From Epithemia pelagica (taxonomy: Eukaryota > Protista > Bacillariophyta): DNA of 64,000 nt. The DNA lies in contig OX337238.1 of NCBI GenBank assembly GCA_946965045.2, positions 3,345,955 to 3,409,954 on the forward strand, in the 5' to 3' direction. Of the stretch, positions 1 to 13,186 are shown one piece after another. Position 1 is the stretch's first letter; every line of letters begins with the position of its first letter. A model generated the notes under the pieces. It did not search any database, was not told the DNA's origin, and saw only the letters and a program-made list of their open reading frames with translations. The translations under genes were made by a program, and so were the position numbers.

Positions 1-147
1 TGCTCCTTTGTGGGCCCGTGCTACCTTTTGGCTATGTGGCCTGAGTTTCCTAGGAGTACCTACTCCTAGGAGTAGACGCTAATATATAATATAAAGTATG
101 ACAAATGACAAAGCCTTGGTTACTGTTATTGCATGAATACCAAATGG

Positions 148-3100
148 TCAGTCATTATTGGAAGGTTTGCGTCGTTTCCTCTCCCTAGGCGAAGGATCTT
201 GGTGCGAGGTAATATCATCTTCGTTGCACCGGCGCTCTCGTCTATTTGACAGGGCGAGGGCGCGTTCCTGATGGATTTTTAAACAAGAGATCACCTCTTT
301 TGCGACCTCTTCCATGTGACCAACCAACTGTTTGTATCTGGAATCTGTTCCGTTCAAGTCCACATAGCAACAACAACCAGGCAACCGCTTAGGTCCAGTT
401 CAAAAAGTCAAACATGAATTTTTCCTACCGGTACTTGTCCTGGAACACTTACCATAGAGGTTTTCGCCACCAATGGTACACCTATGCATGGATGGTAGTT
501 TGGTTGGAAACAAACCAATGAAATCATTGATCCATTCACTCGCATCCCGAGTACAAATTGCCGGTGTTGACGCACTCGCTGTTGCGCGACAAGGTGGAAG
601 AACCCATTGGCATCCTGGGAAGGCGTCCACTACCACTGGACTGAGAATCGAATGTGGGCAAGCCATTTCATTCCGAGCTAATGCACAGAGAAGTTCAGCA
701 ATCGGCCATTTCTTTTGGACATAATGTGTAGTCGTCACACACACACCACTCGTGCTGTTAGTACATGCGTCAACGTGGTCACTTCCGGATCTGGCTGTTG
801 TCCGGGCTTCATGGTCTTCTCTGCCACAAAAATATTGAGTGCGTTGCCGCCACCAGCCGCGTTTTGCAACTCACGCTCCAACCTGGTTACATAGTCAAAC
901 TCACGTTCTTTCCGAACTTCCCCAGCAAAAGAAATGAAAATGTCGTGTTCCGGTTTCTGGTTTTCAGAAGGAAGCTTGCCAAGCATCATCTTTGCCATCT
1001 CGATTCCAAGTCTCAAAATTTCTTGAAGTTTCTCTTTGTGATGTTCAGACAACTGTTTCAGTGCCTCTGTTCCTGCCATCTTAAGTCGTATCTTATTGAT
1101 TTTTGCAAGTACCGCCGATACTTCCAAAAGTCGTTCGCCGAGTTCGACAAAGCTCCATGACTGCATCGAATCTAACTTGGAAATCAGAGTATGCCCAATG
1201 AGAAAGGTAAGATCAAGAGATGTATCCAAACATTCCACGTCTTCACTTATTCGCGCAATAATCAGCCCAAGTAAATTGAAATTTTCTCCCAACAGCGAAT
1301 CACTATTGGACTTTGAAATGAGACTGCATTCTTGAGTTATTTCGTTGCTCGTGGCCTGATAACGACCGGCTGTTAACAACGGAACGTTGGGTCGATGAAT
1401 AGAGGAAGAAAGAGCATTTGCTTGATTTGTTCCGACATGAATGGTGTGCCATGGACGACCATCAATGGAAAGAAACAACCTCCGAAATGCTTCATCAGAT
1501 AAGGGCATGTGGGAGATAGAGAACCAAGACCATGTGGTGTTTCCTTCCAAAAAGTTACGCAGTAACGGTGCTCCCAGCTGGCCAATCTCGGTATGGGATA
1601 AATTCATACATCGCCAATCACGATTGCTATTCATACCTTCAACCAGCGCCTTGAATCCAGTGTCATTTAGATGTGTGTGCGCTAGATCAAAGATTTGCCA
1701 TTGAGGACTGTTTTGTAACAGGTCCGCAACGGCATTGGCTCCCTCCTCCCCAATGTCCAGATGACTCAACGACAAACGAACCCAATCGACATGGCCTTGT
1801 CGTCTAGATGCAAGAACGGCTGATGGCATGGAAGCACTGGTGCTGTTAATGTTCTTAGCTGATGCACCGTCACCTTGGATTGACTGGATCATTCGAAGGG
1901 CTGCGGGAAAGGTCAACCGTGGCGTGTGGTGCAGTGAAATGGTCCGAGGAATGGTAAACGGTCGACCGACACGCAGAGCCTGATTTGAAGGTAGCATGCG
2001 TAAATCCATGGATTTCCAGCAGTGTCCCAAATACTCTGCCACTTCCAGGGCATCGGTTGCTTTGTCATGACGGGTCAGGAATACATTGGAAATGGTATCT
2101 GCCGTCACTCCAATGTCGTCTGGATGGTTCTCTAGCAGAAAGGGCAGGTGCTGAATTGGATTCGTGCCACGCTTGTACGGAAACCACAGCACCAGCGAGT
2201 TCCAATTCTTCACCAACCGTTGGAGGATGGCTGGACCAAACTTGAGCCACGACCCAATTTCGTACAATCCTACATCTAATACAAACCGTTCCCAGCTTGG
2301 TGACGTTTTTAGTAGATTGGCCAACATTTCCACACCTTGGTCTGGAGTGCCATAAGGGAGACTCAAAATAAAATATTTCCAAGACGTCTGCCCACGGAGA
2401 CCCTTGGCCACTATGTCGACATGTTTTGTCTTGTCCAAATCCAGATCAAACACTCGCCAGACTGTATTGCCATGCAGTGAGTGGGCAACGGATCCCAGTC
2501 CTCCATCAAAATCAAAATGAGATGGGCATTTATAGCGACATGTTTCAGCATTGATTGCAACGCAAGGCATATGACAATGCTTCCAATTCACAGTCGTCGA
2601 TCAGAGCTGGCTTATCAAGTAGTGAGCCCTCAAGCTGAAATGATTTCCATGTCTTATTTTCACTCAAGGCTCCGCACAAGGCTTTGACTCCATTCATAGA
2701 GGAAACCAGTACGCACCAGAAGCTGAATATCTTCCAGTGGGAGTTTTGCTGGAGTGCTTCTGCCAGAGTTCTTATTGCTTCATCTTGAAGATTTGTACCA
2801 AGCACCAGCGACTGCCAAACATGATTATGGCTCAAAGCGCCAGCCAGTGCTTTCAATTCACTCGATCCCCAATCGCATATCCTCAACTCTACCCAGGACG
2901 GATTTGCATTGAGGGCACTCGCCAACCGAACCGCCGTTTTGTCGTCCAGGGCTTTTACTTCACCCAATGCTATCTCGGGATTTGGTGTGGTCGTTTGGAC
3001 GAATGCCCGGACGAGCGCTTCAATACCCACGTCACCAATATTCGTATCGGTGAGATCCAGATAGAACCAATCCACATCAGCACGTCCTCTGCCCCTGACG

Positions 3101-3194
3101 TTTTTATTCAAATCGAGAATGGCGGATTGCATTCGTTCATTTCATGGTTGTTTCCCTCCATTGTCGTTTCTGGAAGAGACATGGTGCGGTCCAT
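148..3194 (-). pseudogene. LRR-helical-TIR gene, copy 1 (disrupted)
   Basis: ORFs 2545-3132 and 735-2591 carry RI-like 28-aa LRRs (N..W..f.l......G..aL..aL). A helical segment follows, then a TIR domain (HDIFISFAGE...NIFVAEKTMKPG...VVCVTTTHYVQKKWPIAELLCAL) that continues in 400-744, with a likely last segment at 148-384. Lesions versus the paralogs: a 2-bp loss near 2545 (tgctgaaaca vs tgctgggaaaca on the minus strand), a 1-bp loss near 746 (acacacacaccact vs acacacacaaccact in copy 3), and a ~100-bp deletion near 3125. The exact splicing of the 3' end is unresolved. Confidence 0.8.
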
Positions 3195-4041
3195 TGACTT
3201 GTAGAGGCCGAAAGTCGTTGTCGTCGTCGTTTTAATGAGAGAGTATTATGCGAAAAAAAGATCTTGTGTTGGTACCGCCGTTCCAACTCAGCGGGGAACA
3301 TGTGTGTGAGTACAGTCCTCTCTATTCTGATGAGTATGCGAAGCGCGAGGAATCCTTGATGGGTCGCAACCTGCAACCTCCTGTAAGGGGGTTCGGATTC
3401 TCAGACAGACAGTGTCAGTTCTGTGTCGTCATCTACAGCATCGGATACAGTGATGCTTACATGTGACACAAAACGCGACGCAGAAAAGAAGAGTAAAGAG
3501 ACGAGAAAAATCTGGGGTGATTGTTCGACGGCCAACAGGAGACGATGTCCGTCTTTGCCATGGTCGACGAGACAATACAACAACACGATACACGATGGAC
3601 GTTCTCATATCTCTCAAGTTCCAAGTTCCAAACCACCAGCAAATGGCCTTGATCGTTTGTATTGCTGGAGTTCTTCGGGAGAGGCACCACGAAACACTGT
3701 GTACTACTAGGACGACGCATCCCGAACATTATACATGGCGACAAAAGTGACCGACAAGGACAGGCAACCGTGTCATGCTGATGGACTCCAACGATTGACC
3801 AGCAGTATACTAGCAGGATGGAACAACAAGAGCAGTGCCAACAACAACAACTTGATCGAAGCAACTGTCACGATTGTCTCGTGACAAAAGCTCCTACACC
3901 TCTTTGGTCCATCCATTTCGTCAAGTCAGTCGTGCTTCCAGTCCGCAAACATCAGAATTACAACAGCAGAGCAAACCTACGTGCCTCTTACAAGACAGTG
4001 TCTCGATCCCCATAAATTCGCTGCAGTCATTGTGTGGAACC

Positions 4042-5235
4042 ATGAGTAGGACACTAAAAGAACGAGCATGGCAGTCGGGCCTTGTCTTATCTGACGAGGC
4101 ACCCGAGTGGAATTTCGAGGACTGGCCTCCTCTTGAGGGTCGATGGCGTTATCGTCATGCTACGGTTGTACTTGATCATCCCGATCAAGACAATAACATC
4201 AACAACAAGAGACAAACGGTCGTCGTGATGGGCGGAAATACACAAGACTTAGTCTTAACCAACTCCGTTCTTGTAATGAATTTATCAGAATCAAACAAGC
4301 AGTGGCGAGAAGGGCCACCCATGAACAAGATTCGTGAAGGACATGCCAGTGTTGTGTGCAATAAAGGTGTCTACGTGATGGGAGGATACACTAGATATTC
4401 AAGTTTGGATTGTATTGAACAAATAAATGCCACCGATTTGCTCCAACCATCTTCGACATCAAGCAGCTCGAAGAAGAGCCATTGGACAACATTGACATGT
4501 CGCTTATCAACGAGACGATCAGGATGTTGTGCTGTTGCGGTTCACAACCGATACATCGTTGTAATGGGTGGCTATTACAATGGTCGCTATTTGTCGTCGG
4601 TGGATATTGTTGATACCAACAATCACATTGTCACTGCTGGACCAAGCATGACTGTTCCTCGATCATACTGTGCCAGTGCGGTCATTGGACACCGCATCTT
4701 TGTCGTTGGAGGTCGTTATGGGCATGCCTTTCTTGACTCGGTGGAGTATTTGGACTATGCAACACCCTGTGACAAGGATGCGACAAAAAAGGAGATAGGC
4801 TCGACGTTCATATCTTTCTCGTCCACTTGGATCACTCAGTCGGAGTTGGTGCTTTCCAATGCACGAAGTTCTTATGCAGTGGTTGCGATGGGATCCTGTC
4901 TGGTGGTGGCGGGAGGATACGAATCATCCGTGGAGGTCTTGGATACGCATCACAACCGCATGTGGAATCTCCCACTATTCGGAATTGACCGTGCTGGCTG
5001 CAGTGTAGTGACTGTTGCCAATCAAGTTGCCGTGGTTGGTGGATATCGCAATCCTACCTGTGCGACATTCCCATTAATGGACAAGAATACGTGGTGTTTT
5101 CGCCGTCTCTGTGAGCAGCAGCCCAACAGATGGTATCATTGTCGAGAAAGATCGGGTAAGGGTAACGGAGATGTCAATGTAACATCGTGGACCATCTCGA
5201 CATCCATTCTTAAGCGATTAAAAACCAATACTTGA
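4042..5235 (+). CDS. Kelch-repeat beta-propeller protein K1
   Basis: Six GG-containing Kelch blades (VVVMGG, VYVMGG, IVVMGG, IFVVGG, LVVAGG, VAVVGG). ATG chosen at 4042 because it aligns with the MT(T/R)TLKEQAW start shared by all paralogs. Confidence 0.9.
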   Translation: MSRTLKERAWQSGLVLSDEAPEWNFEDWPPLEGRWRYRHATVVLDHPDQDNNINNKRQTVVVMGGNTQDLVLTNSVLVMNLSESNKQWREGPPMNKIREGHASVVCNKGVYVMGGYTRYSSLDCIEQINATDLLQPSSTSSSSKKSHWTTLTCRLSTRRSGCCAVAVHNRYIVVMGGYYNGRYLSSVDIVDTNNHIVTAGPSMTVPRSYCASAVIGHRIFVVGGRYGHAFLDSVEYLDYATPCDKDATKKEIGSTFISFSSTWITQSELVLSNARSSYAVVAMGSCLVVAGGYESSVEVLDTHHNRMWNLPLFGIDRAGCSVVTVANQVAVVGGYRNPTCATFPLMDKNTWCFRRLCEQQPNRWYHCRERSGKGNGDVNVTSWTISTSILKRLKTNT

Positions 5236-5654
5236 TGGAGGATGGAACTTGAAATGTACGGCCACAAACTTTATCATGACCATTATACTCTCGAACAAAA
5301 AAGGAGATCGGGTCCATCCTAAGTTAAGTTGTCAATCATACAGGTTAATGAAAAGCTCTAAAGCACTGTACCTATACGGAGTGGCTTGCTACGTCGAAAA
5401 AGACATTACTCTATTAGACCGCTTTCAAAGAGCAACTCCTAGTTTGGTCGGATCCATGCACCATGATCAGCTATCCGTGTAGTAGATAATGAGATGATAC
5501 AGCGTCCGCCATGGCACTGTTGTCTTCTGCAAACCTGCGGATATCTGGCAACCACTCTTGGATGAATGGCCATGGTACCGTTCCCTCTTGTGCTGTTGAA
5601 AAATCTCTGGCCTTGATCAGAATGAATCATCTTTGAATGGAAGATGACTGTCTT

Positions 5655-6325
5655 TCATGGTCTCGTTGAATCATTTAGACAAAGAAGGAGCGGCCTAAAC
5701 AGTGTCTCTTCAAGTGATGGCACATGACGAACAAGTGACGTTTCGACCATGACCTGATAGTTGTGGGACAGTCGGTGGGGCCATGGATTCGTAGCAATGG
5801 CTGGATCCGACAGCAGCCAACACAGTTTGTCTTCGTTTCGTTTTCGTTGCAATGGCAGCAGTGCAAAGTATACTTCCCCTGTTGCAGGCAGGACAGGTTT
5901 ATCGTGGGTCGTCGTCGATTCCTCTTCCTTGGTGTCAATGTCTCGTTGTGAAGGAACCACCTGTTGCAGGCAAGACAGGTTTATCGTGGGTCGTCGTCGA
6001 TTCCTCATTCATGGTGTCACTGTCGTTGTGGAGCAACCAATCCGTCGACGCGGTACAAATATTGGTGGTGCTACGACTCCCAAGACTATGCTTCTGGTGG
6101 ACCTTGTTCCGACAAGGCAACTGTGTTTTGGAAGTCGTCATTTGATGGTGATGCATCGATCGACCTGTTGTGCAAGAGACGATTGTTCTTGTTGTTGGTG
6201 TTTGGCTGCTGTTGGTGGATCAGGGATTGTGATTTTTCACTTCTTGTCGTCATCCTTGATGAAAGAGATAGACGATTCGTATAGTTGGTGTTGTTTGGAT
6301 GGATCAAGGCGATTCTTGTTGTCAC
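5655..6325 (-). pseudogene. Frameshifted small gene with possible PWWP/Tudor-like C-terminus
   Basis: The frame 5655-6008 (GEVYFALLP...KLCWLLSDPAIA...SLVRHVPSLEE) is conserved with 22701-23117. An internal ~82-bp tandem duplication lies at 5881-6006. The domain call is by eye only. Confidence 0.4.
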
Positions 6326-7558
6326 TGTTGTCCACTTCTGATGGTTCTTCGTGGTGGAAATCGAGCATGGATGGTTTCTGCTTCTATACTTTGGTTTTGT
6401 TATTGGTTACACCACTCCACCACGACAATCTTTGTACCTCGAGCTAATCGGCAGAATCAGCAAGAAGCGACAACAAGCACAAGAGGGGCTATATGACAAA
6501 CTCCCCGAACAAAACCTTGCCACGAGCAGGACAGGAATGTTGATTGATTGTCAAGTCTGGCTTCTCTTATTTGTCGTGAAATCCTCATCAAGTTTGGCTC
6601 TATTTTGGCTGTAGGTCCTTTTGCCGGAACCTCTGACACATAAAACTCTTGTACGTTCTCGACCCCAGGTGGATCCAAACGACGACTCCGCTGGTCTACC
6701 TTTTGTTCCTTGAACTCTTGTGGTTTTCAATCGAGACGACAAGTTCACCCATTGGCAAATGTAGCACCGGTCCTGACTCCCACCGTCGCGAACGGAGGCC
6801 ATTGAGCCAGTGCGATATGCGGCCGTCTGCACAATCATTGAACCGCATGCGCGAGCATTGCTGACAACCAGCGCAGACGGCACGAGACGGATTTGGCTCT
6901 CCCAAAAAGACCATGATTGATGGAGTCGGTATCAATACTGGCATAGGAGACCAACCTTTGCGGTCCAACCACATCCACGTGACATTCTCGAAAGCGATCC
7001 AAAGAAGACGACTGCAGGCGTCTGCTGCTAATGCAACACGAGAAGCAAGTCAGAATGGGATGAATGACATCATTTTCCTTCTGGTCCATCATGTCGTCGG
7101 ATTCTCGTCTCTGTGTGATTGTACTTGTGGCCTTGCTTCTTTCACTATACCCGATGAGTGATGCCCATTCGAATCATTGGATCAAGAAAGCAAGAAGACC
7201 ACTCTCTTGCAACATCTCTCTGTTGAAGTTGTTGTCGTTGTGAACAGACTGTATAGGACCAAGGGAAGAATTGTGTGGAAATTAGGGATTGTCAATCTGT
7301 GGACCTATTCATCATACAAAAGGACCTCTTCATCACAAATGCTGTCACTCTCTCCCTTTCGTCGTCGACCAAAAGATACTTTTTGGGGCTTGTCATGAAA
7401 TCTATGTGCGATTGATTTCTCTTCACCATCGTACGCAGGACAGGCACACCTTACGGTCTCCAGACGCAAAAAAAGCAAAGCGCTTCCACGCGTTGCTCTC
7501 AAAAATACTTTCTCTCGTGCTGCCATTTCTTGTCAACGTATTAGTAAAGCGCTGTACC

Positions 7559-8788
7559 ATGACAACGTTACAGAAAGAACAAGCATGGCAGTCGGGCCTT
7601 GTCTTATCGGACGAGACAGCAGAGTGGAATCAAAATGACTGGCCTCCACTTGTGGGTGGATGGCGTGCAGGTCATACTTCGGTCGTACTTGATCACCCCG
7701 ATACGGACGGCAACGACAACAACAACAACAACAAGAGACAAACCGTCGTCGTGTTGGGTGGATACCAGACAGTTCAAGGCGCGCTCGATTCCATTCTTGT
7801 ATTAAACTTGGCAGAATCAACCAAGCAGTGGCGAGAAGGGCCACGCATGAACCAGAAACGTTCTGGACATGCCACTGTTGTGTGCAACGGTGGCGTCTAC
7901 GTCATGGGAGGCTACAATGGAAGCTCAGTATTTGATTGTATCGAACGAATTGACGAAAATGATTTGCTGCTATCACCTTTAACAACAAACATCATCACAC
8001 ATGCGAGTAATTGGACGACATTGACATGTCGGTTATCATCTGGACGACATGGGTGTTGTGCTGTCGCGGTTCACAACCGATACATCGTTGTAATGGGTGG
8101 ATACAGCGATCGTTATTTGTCGTCGGTGGATATTATAGATACAAACAGCCACACTGTCATTGCCGGACCAAGCATGATTGTTCCACGACAATGGTTTGCC
8201 AGTGCGGTCATTGGTCACCGCATCTTTGTCGTTGGAGGTCATAACGATAATGGCCATCTTGACTCGGTGGAGTATTTGGACAATGCAACACCCTGTGACA
8301 ATGATGCGACAAAAAAGGAGATAGGCTCGACGTTCATATCTTTCTCGTCCCCTTGGATGACTCAGTCGGAGTTGAGGCTTTCCAATGCACAAAGTTCTTG
8401 TGCAATGGTTGCCGTTGGATCTTGTCTGGTGGTGGCTGGAGGATGGAGCAATTCAACGGTGGAAGTCTTGGATACGCACCACAACCGCGTGTGGAATCTC
8501 CCACCATTCGGAAATGACTACAATGACTGCAGTACGGTGACTGTTGCCAATCAAGTTGCCGTGATAAGTGGCTGGGGAAGTCCTACCTGTGCGACATTAC
8601 CACTACTGGACAAGCATACGCGGTGTTTTCAACGACTCTTTGACCAGCAGTTCAACATATGGTGTCTATTTCGGGAAGGAAGGAATATCCAACATGCTGA
8701 TAACTCGCCTTTCCCCACCTGGACATCAGATCGTAAACGAGCAAGGCCCCACACGCACCGTGGTGATGAAGTTTTGGATGAAACTTGA
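7559..8788 (+). CDS. Kelch-repeat protein K2
   Basis: Same six-blade pattern; ATG at 7559 (MTTLQKEQAW); intact ORF ending in TGA at 8788. Confidence 0.9.
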   Translation: MTTLQKEQAWQSGLVLSDETAEWNQNDWPPLVGGWRAGHTSVVLDHPDTDGNDNNNNNKRQTVVVLGGYQTVQGALDSILVLNLAESTKQWREGPRMNQKRSGHATVVCNGGVYVMGGYNGSSVFDCIERIDENDLLLSPLTTNIITHASNWTTLTCRLSSGRHGCCAVAVHNRYIVVMGGYSDRYLSSVDIIDTNSHTVIAGPSMIVPRQWFASAVIGHRIFVVGGHNDNGHLDSVEYLDNATPCDNDATKKEIGSTFISFSSPWMTQSELRLSNAQSSCAMVAVGSCLVVAGGWSNSTVEVLDTHHNRVWNLPPFGNDYNDCSTVTVANQVAVISGWGSPTCATLPLLDKHTRCFQRLFDQQFNIWCLFREGRNIQHADNSPFPTWTSDRKRARPHTHRGDEVLDET

Positions 8789-10546
8789 AATTTGCAACGT
8801 ATTGCATGTATGTCCTAACATTAGCGGAACTATATAGCATTATCATTTTACTCTCAAACAGTAGTTGGATTGTTTTCTTCATGGCATTGCGAACTATAGA
8901 GATATCATGTACACCGTTGTACTAGTAGAAAATGAAAGTTACACCATCCGGCATGAAACCGCAAACAGGAGTGGAGCCAGGCCTCGGGTAGATGTTCATG
9001 GTACCATGCCTCTCTGTGCTGTTGAATGGGTCGAGTTATCATGCTGTGGAAGATTATATGGCTACGTGCCCGAAACAACATGGCGCAGCGACTTATTTGG
9101 ACGGTCATCTTCGTTCCGACCATGCGTTTAATTGTGTAGAGTCCGGTCCTTCTATGGCTAATGCCTGCGTAAGAGGGCAGTGCCCCGTCTTTCGATGCTC
9201 GTGGCGGTTTTGGGTGACAGGACAATTGCGAATCCTTTGGAATTTTTCACACCGACGTGTTCGATATTTCCTCCAATACAGCAACTATTCTATATCATGA
9301 GGTCGGTAATTTGCTCGCAATGGACCGAAAGGCAACACGGAATCGAGTCTCGTCGTTGCCACACCACAACCTTCCGAACTACGAACGCAGCCACAAATGA
9401 AGAAGTACCTCAATTGGACGAAACTGCTGACGGCGCTATTGCCGTGGAACCGGCTGTGTTCAATTCCATCTTGGAAGTCGGAGCATTGACGGCGGCGACG
9501 ACAACGACAACGAATTAGGAAACCTCCACCACCGCTATTCCCTGTCGCACTATTGCTCGTTCGAATGCTAATGCCTGGAAACAAGCTGCTCCCCATCGCG
9601 ATGTCTTTCCCTCAATGACAGTTCGCCAAACCTTGTTGCACGATTATAACACTGTCGAGCAGCAGTGTTGGACTTCGATCACTACCGCATTTAAGCCTCG
9701 TACCGAACTCAGCAGTATCAACAACAAAACCACGACCACGAATGGCGCCGATCATGTCTTGGCTGTCGTCTAATAGAACTTGTTCTTGTTCTTCTTCGTT
9801 GGATTCTGGTTCTTGGTGGTGCGAATCTTCGTCTGGTCGATGTGGAAGGGCGATGGGACCCTTTCCCATAATCGATTCTTCACCTGTTGATTCTCCCGTG
9901 TCGGGTGCATGACGTAACCGTGTCGATTCAAACGACGATTTCCCCGATGACCCTTGTACATGAAATCCTCGACAAGGCCCACAGAGCTGCAACATCGGAT
10001 CGAGCCGAGTAAAAGGCCACATAGACCACCAAGGTAATCGCAGTGCCACGGAGCAGCCACCATTGGGTGTCATTTGTAACCATCGAGAGTTGTCGCATCT
10101 TTATGTGGAGATTTGCTGTCCGTAGATTGGAGCGATTCGAACTTGCAAACTCTCTTGCGCTCCTCGATCTATGTTGGCAACCGCCATTGTTTCCCAATGT
10201 TGGGGCTGATCCTGGGCCTCGCAATTCAATTGTCACGGATTGAAGGAGGCCACTTGATGGTTGTTGTCCTCAATCATCGCTTCTTGAAGAGACATGTTGG
10301 TGAAATTGATTGTTAAGGTCAAGTCGTCGTCGTCCTCATCTTCGCCGTCATCGTGGTCGATGCGACGATGTAATCCCCAGCGGGGGTGAGGAGTCGGGTC
10401 GTATGTGTGTCGTGCTTTTGGTGTTCTAACTAATATTTCACGAATTCTCAAGACTACCTCCCGCTGGGAGTTAGTCATGGACGTGCACTAAAGCCTGTAC
10501 CTACAATCTTTATGACAGTAAAAGATACTAGGTAGTAACGCTAGGA

Positions 10547-11606
10547 ATGTTTTGTGGCGCACAACGAACAACGGGGTCGACGACAATGGACGATGTGGAA
10601 TGTGGACGGCCATATCTCAAGTTCCAAGTTCCACCCCACCACCATCACAACATGCACTGCGCAACTTTACAGCAATCGATACCGCTCGAGATGACTTTTG
10701 ATGGTTACAAGAACGAGGTTGCAATGATCAACCGTGGAACAAGAGCAGTGTCAACAACAGCTCAATGGCGCATCATGGGATCGATTTGCCGACCGATTGG
10801 CTTTTTCGGACGACACGGTGGCCAGTGTGGCCCGACAATTGCAGCGTTGCATCAATCAAATCTTGTATGAGGACTCCGAATTAGAGATGGAACCTGTGAC
10901 AGACAACAATGAGGTCGAGTTGCAGGGCTATATGCCACCACGTTGGTGTGGAAAACACCCTTTGAGTCGTTGTACCTCCACAACAAGAAACCCAAAACAA
11001 CCAACATGAATCCATTGGAGGCGTTGAGACAGTGTTCCTTGTACGATTTTAAGCGTGTCGATGTCGCCCTTACAGCTGGTCGACCACTCCCCAACGACAC
11101 GTATAAGAAGATCCACGTCCTGTGGGCAATGTCGTTGCTTCTCGGTCGACTCGGTATGCGTAAGGAACCAACAACCAGACAGACTGAAGATCATTCAACA
11201 AACAACAACAAAACATCACCTTCGTCACTGTTACGGGGCATTCTCCGCTTACGCTTCAAGGCCTGCAGCAACTCGATTGTCCTTTGTGTCATCTTTCTTC
11301 TTGTTCTTGGAAAAAATATTACAAGGACTCTTCTTGTCTCGACCACAAATGTTCCACTTGGTCTGCAAAGTCACACGGTGGCCACCTCTTCTTGTTGGCA
11401 CCCACCAACAAATTGCAGTTCTACTACTAGAGGAGATTGGAAACAAACCTTGGTGCAGGCACTGTCCATCCAGCCATTGGGTTCTGCAAGTCGAAAGGAT
11501 GATGGAGGAGCACGCACATGCCCGCGTTTGGCAAAGCTCCGACAATGACGGAAACGAGAGACGTATTGCTGGGATTCTTTGCGAGAGGCACCACGATGCA
11601 CTGTGA
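10547..11606 (+). pseudogene. Fragmented gene of unknown family
   Basis: Protein-like segments lie in shifting frames (e.g. MNPLEALRQCSLYDFKRVDVAL). Homologous DNA recurs near 3590-3850 and 39050-39500. Confidence 0.3.
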
Positions 11607-12713
11607 ACTACTCGGACGACGCATTCCAACACTTCCACGGTACTCAGAACAGGAATGGGTGATCTTCTTCATTGCGTGGCTACGGTCACGATTTGTCTCG
11701 TGCCGAAAGCTGGTGGGAGGTGGACAGTGCGGAGTGGCACACGAGATCAAAACACTTGAATTGACCGGTCTGCAAGCCTGAATGACCGATGCGAAAGGCG
11801 TGGAATTGTTCTGCAAGGGAATGGTCGGCGGTGGCCAGTACACGGGTGGAGGCCAAGAGCAACCAGAACAAGAACGACCAGAACAACGAGTTGCACCAAA
11901 GCCCACGAAACGGACAATGTTTCATCACCACCATCATGCTGCTTTCCCTGTTTCTTGGTTCGAACGAGAGACTGCGACAACCCCCCAGTCAATTCGAATC
12001 AACAACAATTAGATGATGACAATGATGCGAGACATTGGTGTTTGACCGCATCGTCTCGTTCCATCTAGTTTGTTCCGGTTTGGGTGTTGGTTCTCTGGTG
12101 TTTTGTTTTCCTTCTCCCAGCAAGCCCAACGAGACGACACTGCGTCACATCCTCCCCAACATCTACTATTGCCCTCACAATTGCCTGATTCAATGACTGG
12201 TGGGGAGTGGGGGAAGATGACTGTGATTCCGCACGATCACTTTTGTCCGTGACTGGTTGGGAAAGGTCGTCGATTCGGAAGAAGAGAACTAGAAAGGTAG
12301 CTACTCTAGCTAGAGGAATCTCCACGTGGACCAGGGACAGGAGCTCTCAGAACAGTTGCGAATCGATCGTAACAACTACTATGTATCCGAAAAAGGGAGA
12401 ACGATACCTTCTTCTTCGTCCCAGCACCAAAGACTGGTTCCTAGCACGCACAGTCGCAACAACACCACTGAGCGAGGGTGATGCTGCAGCGTACAATATA
12501 TGGCATGAGGTAGCGATAAAACCGGCCAAGAAAACATGACATTCGCAAAAGACGACATAAGAATGACAATGACAATAGATTGACGACCACAACGATCCTG
12601 ACGACCACACGTGGAACCAAATCACCTCACGATGGTGGCCAAGAGGATTTGACGCGAGACTGCGAGTCCTCCCTTTTAGCAACAATCCCAACGACAATGC
12701 ATGGCTTGATACC

Positions 12714-13186
12714 TGTTCAAAAGATCTACGTAATCGTCCGGGAATGGACCCGGGACTCCCATTCGGAAGTAGGAGATCGGCCGAAGAAAAGATGAGCATC
12801 ATTCCTCTTGAGAATTTGTCCCTCAAAGGACAAGAACGACGGGCATCCAAACAAGATGCTCACGAACGATACAACAAAGACAACGCGTCATCGTCATGAG
12901 CGTTTAGAAGTGACAAACCGGCCCAATTCAACTGATACAGGCCAAAAGAATAACTGGCATTGCCTAAAAGGAACAACGGCCAAGAACGGGCAGGAGACAC
13001 CCATTTAGGAAAACAAGATCGATGGACGATTGAACTATCGCCCAACCATCGACTCAACGCATCAAAAGGAAAGACCTCAACGCCTTAGGCTGCAACACGC
13101 TAGATTAACCAAATAAACTCACAACTTAACTTCGTTTACACGGGTTGAGCTCTTTCTCTTTTACCTACGGTAGGGAGAAAACAACA
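12714..13186 (+). repeat. 5' LTR
   Basis: Identical to 18574-19046 except one substitution seen (attcctcttg vs attcatcttg). Confidence 0.97.

Noticed and set aside
735-2591. NLR with a NACHT/NB-ARC domain
   Set aside because: No GxxGxGK(T/S) Walker A motif in any copy.
3874-4041. N-terminal extensions of the Kelch ORFs given by the ORF track
   Set aside because: They begin at non-ATG codons and are not in a conserved frame among paralogs; the shared start is MT(T/M)TL(K/Q)(E/K)QAW.
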